From positions 6,758,001 to 6,822,000 of the forward strand of contig NC_135250.1 of the NCBI RefSeq assembly GCF_964204865.1: 64,000 nt of DNA, in the 5' to 3' direction. Numbering within the stretch: the stretch's first letter is position 1; each line of letters begins with the position of its first letter. Origin of the DNA: Styela clava. Lineage: Eukaryota. This document shows, one piece after another, positions 51,501-63,500 of the stretch. The position numbers were made by a program, and so were the translations under genes. The notes under the pieces were generated by a model. It ran no database searches. It was not told the origin of the DNA and saw only the letters and a list, made by a program, of their open reading frames with translations.

Positions 51501-54500
51501 TAGAAGGACATACTTAAAATATCTTGAATAGTTGCTTGATCAGGTGCAAATCTTTGTTGTGCTTGTATAGATGAAGAGTTTGAAACACCAGTTACAGTTG
51601 AACCACTTCCGACACGAGTACCTCGACGCGGAATGTTTGGGCCGGGCTTTCGTCCAGGTGGTGGATTTGCTACTTTTGTGCCAGGAGCTGCGATGGATCC
51701 TAGAGACAAAGTAAATAAAGTTTGTTAATGAGAATGTCCGCTATAACTTGAAGTATTTTCTCGATTCAACTAGAAATTTAATTGTTTACAATCATTCAAT
51801 TACAAGTTACCATGTCCATGATCAGCACTGTTGATCCTTGATGATGACAAGATATCAATAATTTCATGAATTGCATTCTCAACTACTTGAGCATGTTCTT
51901 TTATTAACATTGCTCCTTTTTGAGTTGAATCTTGCATTTCCTAGATAAAATCAATTTAAATTGCATAAAAAATGTCCAGTATGAATATGAATAGTTATCA
52001 CCAATATTACTCTCAAAAAAAATTTGATATAAAAAATATCCGATATATTGAAGAAATAGAGAAACACTTGGAAATGGTGAAAATTTAAAAGAAAAATGAA
52101 AATGGCCAGATTACGTAATCATAGTACAAAGACATGATGTCATTATATAACATTATGGCGTTCCCAATGCCAGGGCAGTGTCACTTCTTTCCCCAAGCGT
52201 CAGTATGCTATACCTAACTTGCATTAATTTAAAATAATATGTATTTATCTCTTACAACCAGGGCTGAAAAGCAGAAAATGGAGTAATGATGTTTTGTTGT
52301 AGCTAGAGCCAAGCTTATCATAATAAATCAAGCCACATGTACCAGAAATTTTAGTAGCTCAAGTTCCTAACTATCTAATTGCGGTCACATTTATAATTTT
52401 CTAACATATCATACAAATAATAAAATTTACCTTTCGAGCTTATGACTTTTTTAAAATTTAATTAAATATCAGACTCATTTTTCGAAAATATTTGCGATTA
52501 GATACGTTTTTATTAGAGTATAGCCATGCTAGTCTAGTGAAATCACGATATAATTTACCTTCAACAAAGCTTCTGTTGTCCATGTCTTTCCTAGAACAGA
52601 TTGTTGGTCAAATAAAATGGTTTCAGAAACGACAGATACTGATTTGTTGATTTTTTCATCAGCGATGTAACAAACTTTTTCAACAATGCGTTTCAGTCGA
52701 TTTGTGCTTGATCTGGGTAATATATTGAATATATTATATATGATGTGAATTATTAAAAAAAAAATTTAACACAAAATTTATGACATTAGGTAACTCAACA
52801 ACAAAAATATTGTCAATAACTACCATCAAAATGGACAGAAAAGAGATCCCCAAATTCACAAATTCTGAACACTTCGACTTCCAGTCATACAAACACAATG
52901 CATTGTGAAGAAAATATGATAATATTAAGTAGGCCAGTGGAGTCAGTGAAAATTTATGATCAACTCTGTATTCCGAGTCGAGAGAAATAAAGTATGAAAA
53001 AATAACGTTTTGACAAGAAAAACTTTGGTGGATGGAAAACTTTTTTAACAGTCTGTTGGGAATGTTTAGTCAACTAAATACTTTTTAAGTTTCTGATGGA
53101 ATTTTGTCCTGAATTACCAAAATTAAAATACTAAAATTTCCTCTTCGGGGTACAATCACTGAGGGGATTTGAGAATTTTGACTCTCGAAAGTTTCAAAAT
53201 GCAAATCCGACCCCAGTAAAAACAAGCCAAAAACGGATCCGACTCAACAGTCCCAATATTAACTGTAAATTATGACAAGAAAAAGTTGTATAAAATACCC
53301 ATTTTTGGCTATTTTAATCATATTATCCTATTTTTTGTCCCAAATATGAGAAGAAAAAAAAACAATTTCTCATTTACGATATTGATTGACATTCTATGAT
53401 GCACTCAAAACTATCTTGTGGCACTGCAGTGGATCATGACACACAGTTTCAGAACTACTAGAATAGAGCATTTTATGATAGCTCAACTCTTACCTTATCT
53501 TATGTAGAAATGCATCAATATTCATGCTATCCCAGGTAATAGTATTCAGTCCGGCTTGCAAACATTGAAGAACAGTATCAGTATGTGGACGGAACAGATG
53601 AATAAACGGACGAGGGATGCTTCCACAAACCTAAAGAAAAGGCATAATGGAATATCACATCAAATTTATCTACTTGAGAGAATTTTCCAGCTTGCACTAA
53701 CCCGTGGTGTTAATTTGAGTGAACGAATCATTTCAATATTCTTGTTGTAAAATTTGGGTAATACACAATTTTAAAAGGTTTATGCGCCTCAAGAGTTTTT
53801 TTCTTGCTCCGAATGAGTGGGTGTTTTCTGATCGGTATAGCTATTTTGGAGGATTAACCAAGCAAAATTAGCTAAATGAAAGATCAAGCCTACCAAAGAG
53901 GCCTTTTCAAGCCAATATATCGGTACATTACAGTGTCTACTTTTCTTGAGCCTTATTTTATGCAACGACCTGGAACATATCAAAAATACCTCTTTGTAGT
54001 CATATAAGCATTGCTCAAGGTGCATTTTATATTTTTTGAATTGAGTTTCTCGGGCTAAAATAGTTTTTGCTGCGCTGGGAACTTCCAAATTCATTCTCAG
54101 CATCCATTTTGTTTCTTGAATGAGATTTAATATTTTCTGATCAACGTTGACTGAGAGTTCACCAGTAACTGGATTTGGTATAAGGAGAGAAACCTGAAAT
54201 AAAAGCAAAAAATTGATTTTTGAGAAAAAAAAAAAAACTATTTTACAATGCTCGTTCAACAGTGGCCCGCTCATTTTGCTAAGAGTTGGGTACACTCTCA
54301 CCATATTGCAGCAAATTAACCTGTGTTGGTTTGCAATTCTGTTGCGGGTGAATAGATGTGGACTCTCTAACTACTGTTCCCTCTACCAATCAAGCTCATA
54401 CATTTGAAGCATATAATTTAATAGCTGTTCAAACCCAATACTGCATGGATGGACCCCACAACAAATATGAAAATCCCTTCAACAGTTCGCCATATCCAAA

Positions 54501-57500
54501 GTATTTATTCAGACAAGAAAAGGAGATGCAAAATTACTGCTTTATTCTGTGAAATTTTCTATTATTTCCGCTGGATAGTAGTAACTCATTAGGCACACAG
54601 TATCAATTAATACTTACTCTTAATCCATTCAAAGCATGATCAACAGATTTAATCCATTGTTGATACCACAAGGTTTCACAAGTTACAAGAGCAGTTGCAA
54701 TTCTGTTGTAAATCTTCACCGCACGATGATATTCCTTGCTTTGGTTCAGTGTTTTATTCTCTTGAAATATCTGAAAAAATTTGAAATTGTAGAATAAAAA
54801 ATAACTTTATGACTTTTCTTAGGGAGAAGCAATGAGTAATTTATTCAAAATACCTTCATTGGTTCCTCAATATGAGACATCAATTGCCTTGTCCAATAAA
54901 TAGCACCAGCTGCAGGTGGGGCATCTCGTGGTACAATTGGATTGTCTTTGTTCTCTTCATACATCTGTATATGAAATATGCAAGTTACATGAATGAAACC
55001 ATGTAATTAATTCTTGAATCTACTAAGGGAAAGTTGGAATTAAACACAATTGCCGACCATAATTTTCAAACATCGTACTTGATTGACTGTGAGCTCTCAT
55101 CCATTTGCTGATAGTGCACTTTTCAGATGATAATTTTTTAGGCCAAAAGTTTTTTCCAGGAACTGGTTGCTTGGCTATTGCTTTGTTCAGTGCATTTATA
55201 TACAGCCTAGTCTTTTGACAGGCATTTACTATACCATAAATATAAATTATATTACCTCCTGTATTCTGTATAATTCTTGAGAAAATGTAGAATAGACATC
55301 ACTATATCGTTCCGCAATGACATTACTCATACTGGGCCTTTGTGCAACTGCTTTAAATCTGAAGAAGATAAATAAAATTACTCAGTCAAACAAACTAAAA
55401 TCTACAAACAAAAATATTTGGAACTGAAATTAAGTACAAACATTCGTGGACAGATAAAGAGGTAGTATATTTTGGTTTGACCAGGATCTTTCCGATACCA
55501 TTTTTTTTTACACCCTGTGTTGCATGGTGATATGGTGGGCATGGTATTTGATCCATTGAATTTTAACATGCAAGTTCAACGTATCATTAATGTGTCATCT
55601 TATCCACAAAATATAATAATATCCTAAATATTGGGTAGACTATATCAAACTAGAGAAATAATATTATTTAAAAACTCAGTGGAGCCACAGATCAGAGATA
55701 CAAATCCCACTGACAACTACAAACCATACCAAACATATTTTTGAATAAATACTTACTTTGCCAACACATTTAGTCCTTGTTGAGTTTTCATTGATTTGGC
55801 AAATATTGCAGCCAGATATACAGATAACAGTTGATCAAGGTCTTGACTCAGATTAGTGAATTGATTGAAACTGTCCTCAAATCTGGAAAGAAAATAACTT
55901 TTTGTTTTGAATTCTTCAATATCAAGGTAATATTGAATATAGGATCGACAATTGCTGATTGTGTCTAGGCATAAGAAACAGGCTTGCCATTTCCGAATAA
56001 TTTACCTCTAACTTGTATTATTATTATTCAAAGAAACATTCGAAAAATTGAAATTACTATTTCTGTGTTTGAATAAGCCTATGACATATCTGTTTAATCT
56101 TATGCGAACAAGACGGGTCTAGTATAGTTTAGTACCACAAGTACTTCCAGTGGGTGTAGCATAACGAATTTTGCAAAGTATAATTACAATCACCCGAAAT
56201 GGCATCTGCGCCGCCAATAACGAACTCGCTAACGCCGATGATCTCTCTCCTATGGTGATCGTTGTGACGAAAAAACGAGAGAAATAGCTTGCTCGATTTC
56301 TGGTGATCATATGCGCGTATTGGACGACCATCCGCATACTTTGGTGGGTCTTATTACGCCACTGTGACGTCCAAATGACATAATTTTTCGGTGACGTAGT
56401 GAGGTGGGGATTAGGATTGACATATGCAAAAATTGTTGAACCAGGCCAACTAGAAGTGCATGTGGTACTAAACTATATGAGACCCAACAAGACAAGCTGG
56501 TTTAAAATCACTCTGGCACTGAAGCTTTATTTTTTTATCTCTAAGTTGGGTTCCATAGCCATTGATGTTTTTTTGGGATGACCATTTCCATGAACCATCA
56601 GCCTGAATGTGGTTTCATGGCAGTGGGATCCATGACCATGATATAAAAGCTTTAGATTTCAAAATTGTATTTCAAACTACTCAAATTTAGCTTAAAACTT
56701 GGGTGCTCGTAACAATGTACTTTATCATAAAGCACTTCTAAACTTCATATTAATGTTTAGTTCATTTTCCCACCTGTCATTCAATTTCCCATGGACATCC
56801 AACAACATGGAAGTAGTTATTGTTCCTCTCATTGCTTTTATCATTGCATTGACGTGATCTGATATCAAAGAACACAATCCTGGTCCTTCTTCTCCACCTG
56901 GCATCTCAATGCTGTAGAGTCTCCCTGAAAATGGAATGGTATTTTAAACATATTGCTGAAAGATATTTGGTAGAAACCATAGGGTATAGAACTGAATAAA
57001 TTGAAAATTTTATCTTCACAGAAAATAGCCATTTTACTGATGAAACACACATAATTCTATTACCGTGTTTGGTGCATCATGCTCAGTGTTAGAAACATGA
57101 TTGCCATTGAACCTCTGATTATCCTGTGTGGGTTCACAGGTTCAAATACGCAATGAATTAGTTGGTATGGAAGGATTGTTGGTGTATTTGTCATTGTATG
57201 GTGGTTTATGTAACCAGTCTGTTGGTTGGTTACAACTTTCTCTACCATCAACTGGATCAACTTTAAAACCCAGAATACTGCTACGAAGTGTATTACAAAA
57301 AGTGTATGGACATTATCATGAAGCAGCTTGTGTTATATAGGTAATAATAAATTATACTTTTGTCGTACTCATTTTAACATTCATATACGACTATTGTAAC
57401 ACTATTAAAAATGAGATGGCATATTGATTAGCGCATTGTATTTCAACTATGTTGGCATTGCCAGTTACAAATCTCAAGTTTAAACATTGTATTTACCTCA

Positions 57501-60500
57501 CTCAGGGAGTAAGTGATACATTGAGAAAAGCCGAACCAAAAATATTCTAGTACTTAAATATAAGTGACTGCATGTGCAGAGCCTTGCTAAGTGTGAAAAA
57601 TACTCTATAAAAAATTTAGAAGAATTTACCAGAGCTAACATCCAACTTACTTAAAAACCCTGCAGCATTGAACTGCGCCTGTATTGGCGATCCAGGAGAA
57701 CTAGCGGTTCTAAAATCCATGCTTCTATCTTCATCCAGATCCATATCAGAATCTATATCCGATCCTCCTCTTCTATCTCCTGCAGAGATTCTTCTTTTAG
57801 CTATTGCACCTGAAGTCGGAGGTTGCCTTTGGTAAGCTGAATAGATGAAAAAAAATATGATTATTTGGTAACAGTATAATTATTTTGAAAACTCCTATAT
57901 AAAAATTGAAGTCGTTTAGTGGTTTGTTAGTTGCTGGTTTCTAAGTGAAGTATAACCTGAAAGTAGCATTTGAAACATTTTCAAAACAAGCTCAAGCTAT
58001 GGACATTGCAAAGTTTACATATGTTTTTCTTGGTGACCGTACATTTGAACCCATGTACATTTGAACCCATGCGTATATCCACGGGTTCAATCTATATGCG
58101 GGTGCTAAAACCCATGGGTTAGGGTTAGTATGGGTTTAACTATCCGTGAAACAAAAAAAATTCCATATGTGCAATGGCATACAGATGCAATTGTCATGGG
58201 TTCAAATGTACGTGGGTTCAAATGTAATGGAACCGTTTTTCTTCAATATCGACAGGATACCTCAGATGTTGGGTCAATAAACGGTGCTCCAGAAGTGTGT
58301 GTACCGATATGGAGGTAACTAATTTTGTTTGCCTACTTACATCAAGTTGTGTAAAAGGATTGAAACCTATGGGCATAGGGTATATTCACTTGGCTAACAC
58401 AGACAGTCCCCAAACTCATAATAGAACTAAGAAATAAGGAAAATCCGAAAATCGCTCTAACTTTAACCTGTTACACACACTACGGGAGTACCCAATAAAC
58501 AGTCTCCATAAAAAAATTCAAAAAATTCTATCAAGCATTTAAAAATTCAATATGTTCATATGAAATTTTGTAGCTCTACTAGAAGGATCCCCCCCCCTCC
58601 CAGTTATTTGTTTTCAGAATCTTGGACTTGATGTTGGAGGAAGCTGTAACCGACCACCCTACGGCATCGAGGAGTCCAGCAATCCTCTCGCAACATAATC
58701 ATCCCGCATGAGATTCAAACCTGCGAACACACGCAGGGTAATCAGAAGTGAGGTGGCGAGCGTATTCTTAACGTTGGGCACAATGCGCCACACTGTCGAA
58801 CAAAGTTTGTTGAAATTATCTAAAAAATTTTACGAGTAAGATAAACGATAGTTTACCTTTATTAATATCTGCAGATACATTTCCTCTGCTGATTTCATCT
58901 TCTTCTTCCTCTTCTTGTAATGGACCCATACTTTGTTGTTGTCTCTGAAATAATGAAAAATAAGGATAATAAATAAGACAGGTATAGTAAATATTGGCGC
59001 TTCCGTAGTATGTGAACCAAGATGGCGGTCACCGGAACATAGTATGTGTACCAGGTTAGAGTTGGGCCAAAATTTTACTCTAATTTTCCTGATTTTAGTT
59101 CTATTACGAGTTCAGGGACTAGCCAAATGACTCCTGTAGTATTTGTACCTGAAATTATGGCCCTACCCTAACCTCGTACACATACTACGTTTCGGTGTCC
59201 ACCATCTTGGTTCAAGTTAACCGAAGTAGGTTTATCATGTAGAACTATGTTTTCATGAACTACCGTATATGAATTTTTATCATTTCCCTTCATGCTTCGA
59301 ATATCAATTTTCACTAGTTAGAACTATTTCATATTCTTCAATATCAATATCACGAGCAGAGGAAGGCTTTACTAAAATTGCAATCTGTGAATTTTTTCTT
59401 TATTAAACTGTAACAAGCATGCCAATTGTTAATCTATTTTATTATTTGTGTTTTGTAAATATCTTTAAATTTTGCATCTGCTAAAGCTATATTTCTTGTT
59501 AAACTCGTTTTCCCTTCCCAAAAGTATATATAAAGTCTGAACATCAAATTCTCTCACAATAAAATGTGGGTATCCAATTTGTTTTGTGGCAGAAGTGTTT
59601 TCTGGAAATTCATGTGACATGTTATCCACCGAAGCTCCTGTATTTGCTGTTCCTTGTGGACTCATATGAGCTAAAAAATATAATTGGAAGAAAGTTAAAT
59701 CAAAAAACATCTGATCTAAATTGAAAAGCAAAAATTAGAAGACTTATTGGCACAGTACGATTACTTAATGGTATTAGATATAAAGCATTAAAATTTTTCT
59801 ACGTTATATTTAGTTTTGATTCAAAACAAACCTAAACAAATATAATACCTAACACATAATTAAAGCGACCAAAATTTTCGATTCAGTTCAATCTACTAAA
59901 TTTATTGCACTTTATATTGAATAGTGACTGGTGAGTAGACTACCAGTATTTTTAATTTGTACGACAAAAAATGCAAATAGTAAACTGTAGAAAAATAAGC
60001 TTAATCAAATTCTTTTCCAAAAATTGACCTATAGATGACTTGTCATCACTATCAGGTAATGGAATATCTTCTAGTCGTGGTCGTGGTAACCCTGCAGTGT
60101 CTTTTGCTGAAAAACGAAACAAGAAACTTGTCAACTTATTTCTCAGATAGGCAATGAACATCATAATGACTCGACTTGAGTGAGTGTAGTAAAATGACAT
60201 ATTTCAATTGTGTCATAATTCAAATAGATTAAGTTCACAGGCATTCACAAAGATAATTAAAGAAGACTTGCATAGGCCAAAGTTTATGTGGTCAGGATAT
60301 AGTTTCCTCAAAATAGGGAGTTGGAGTCAAGAACAATATTTCTTAATTTTTGAGTAGACAGCAAAAGTCTGTGTCAAAATTCTATAGTGTGTAGAATTTT
60401 AAATGTAGAATATTTTCTCAGCCCCCTCATCTCTCAGTTATGCGCTCCTCGGGCCATATTATCAGGGAACTTACCAAGAGTAGTGAACTGTCTCAATGAT

Positions 60501-63500
60501 GCAATAATATCCAGCATTTGTCTCATTCGTCCACACAATGAATCGAGATGTCCGAGTATCATATCTTCATCGGCCATTGATACGCCATATCCAAATGTTG
60601 AATAGTCTTTACCATCTACGGTAAATAGAGTATAATGAACAAAAATTTTTTATATTATTTTCATAAATCTGATACAGGAGCATTTTTTTTGTGCATAAAC
60701 CAGCATAGCACAACTGAATTTCAAAAAAGTCAGTCTTTCTGCCATAATGATGTTTATTTCCACAGATTTAACAATTATAGTTCTAAATGTAGGCCGATAA
60801 AAATAATTTATTTTACTAACTGGATTGTTATTTTGCGACACACTCAAAATAGCTTTATGAATCGCACCGTTATGGGAACAACTGCTTGGCCTACTTACTT
60901 ATCCTCGATGTAAAATGACTAGACCCGAAGTAAATAAGTTGTGTTGTTATTTTTTGCTTCACTATTCGGTTGCCAGGCACTTTTAAGCATCTTTATATGT
61001 GATAAACAGATCCTTGTTCAGATGAAAAAATACGACATACCTGATCCAGACACAACTGAGCTTGGGCCAGCCATGGCACCCAAGATTCCTTTGCTTCTTG
61101 CCCCAGTACCAGATCCTCTTGGTTTCTTTACCCTCGCTGAGACTGTATCGATAGAACTTTGAGATTGTGCAAGACTGTGGCTTCCAGCGGCTCCTAAAGT
61201 ATCTTTCATACTTCGGATTAAATCCCGGTAAAACACATGAAGTGAAAGACATGCCTTCAATCTGAAAATTATTATATGTTCAAAGCAAATGTCAAAGACA
61301 AACATGTTGCTTTTTAATAATAAACCCAACTTAAAAAAGTTATAGCTAAAGTACTCTACTTATTAATAATCAAATTATCATGAAGTCACACAATTTTTCA
61401 CACCTAAACTCCTAATAAGGCAACAAGCAGTCACTCACGGGTAGAAAGCTACTGAGGTATGACATGGCCGATACTCCAATGTGATCTAATTCGATACACT
61501 CTTGGTTTAATTGGCCACTTGGATATAAAAAGATATTGAGATACAGTATCTTCATTTCTTCCAGTTATTGAGGTAGTGCGCTTGAACTGAACTACTCAAT
61601 AGTCAAAACTCAGAATTTATAACCTGCATAGGCCAAAACAGTCATGCACGCATGCCAACTAATTGGTCAATTTAGGTGATCAATTCATTCTGCATCCTGG
61701 ATCTAACGCTTATATATCTATCCATAAAAAATGATTTTCAATGGACAGTAAAGACTGTCTGAGGTTGAGGAAATAGTGAACCAGTTATTCATTTCCGATG
61801 CAACGACCGAAAAACCTCAAAATATAAAAATAAAAAATGTCTGAGCTTATTTACCTTCCAACAAGAGATTTATCATCTTCATAAATCAATTCTCTTCTTC
61901 TGATTCCTCTTTTATTTATCTTAAATACTGGTGGAGTTGATTCCGGTCTCGAAACCTCGTCTTCAATAATTTTCCATAAATTATCTTTTACCATTGCCAT
62001 GACATGCTCCCGGCACAAATTCGCAAGATCATTGCATATCTGTAGAGAAACATAAAATAACAACATTTTTAATGAAAGAGCTTCCAAAATTATATAGATC
62101 AGAGTTTCTCAAACTGAATGCCTGATCTTCCTAGTGGGGTAAGGAACTTTGGGGGGGGGGCACAAGTAAAAGCCTGGGCCCAACCTAAAGCCTAAAAAAA
62201 TACTGTATCATTCATGATGAGTACATTAATTTAAAGTAGGCTATATTGACAGTGATTTGTTCAACTTTTTGACTGCAATGCATTTAATCATTTTGCTTTC
62301 ATTTGTTGGCGGAAGGAGGCCATGGAGCATTGAGTGTCTTTGGAAGGAGGCCATGGAGCATTGAGTGTCTTTGGAAGGAGGCCACGGAGCATTGAGAGTC
62401 TTTGGAAGGAGGCCACGGAGCATTGAGAGTCTTTGGAAGGAAACCATGGAGCATTGAGTGTCTTTGGAAGGAGGCCATGGAGCCTTACGAGTCTTTGGAA
62501 GGAGGCCACGAACCATTGAGAGTCTCGGAAGGAGGCCATGGAGCATTGAGAGTCTTTGGAAGGAGGCCACGGAGCATACAGTGTCTTTGGAAGGAGGCCA
62601 TGGAGCCTTACAAGTCTTTGCAAGGAGGCCACAAACCATTATGAGTCTCGGAAGGAGGCCATGGAGCATTGAGTGTCTTTGGAAAAAGGCCAAGGAGCAT
62701 TAAGAGTCTTTGGAAGGAGGCCACGGAGCATTGAGAGTCTTTGGAAGGAGGCCATGGAGCATTGAGTGTCTTTGGAAGGAGGCCATGGAGCCTCACAAGT
62801 CTTTGGAAGGAAGCCATGAAGTATTAAGAGTCCTCGGAAGGAGGCCATGGAGCATTGAGTATATCTGGAAGGAGGCCATGGAGCATTGAGTGTCTTTGGA
62901 AGGAGGCCACGGAGCATTGAGAGTCTTTAGAAGGGGCCACGAAACATTGAGAGTCTTGGAAGGAGGCCATGGAGCATTGAGTGTCTTTGGAAGGAGGCCA
63001 CGACGCAATTGAGAGTCTTTGGAAGGAGGCCATGAAGCCTTACGAGTCTTTGGAAGGAAGTCATGCAGCATTGAGAGTCTTTGAAAGGGGCCACGAACCA
63101 TTGAAAGTCTTGGAAGGGGGCCATGGAGCATTGTGTGTCTTAAGAAGAAGACCATGGAGCATTGAAAGTGTTTGGAAGGAGGCCGCAAATCATGACAGTT
63201 TGGGAACCATTGACATCGATTCATGCTGGAATAAACTTGAGGCCCATTTTTCAGATCTTAGTAAGTAGGCCCTATTTGCTGCCTATCTGGCTATGATGTA
63301 CGATGGTTATTAAAATGATAGTTAAATAATGCTGAAGCAGTAGCATATAAAGCCATCTTATCAAATGAGTATAAGAATCCAACACAATGCACACCTTTTT
63401 GCACAGTAATCCCAAATATCCAGATCTTGCATAATAACGGGAGACAGATTCCATTTGTCGAATCGCTGCTATGAGAGCTGGCAGAATAATATTGACTGCA

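Noticed and set aside
62241-63268. Many overlapping ORFs with repeated APWPPSK / MASFQR peptides
   Set aside because: Artefact of the 31-bp tandem repeat cycling through all frames; intronic and not needed for dynein frame continuity.
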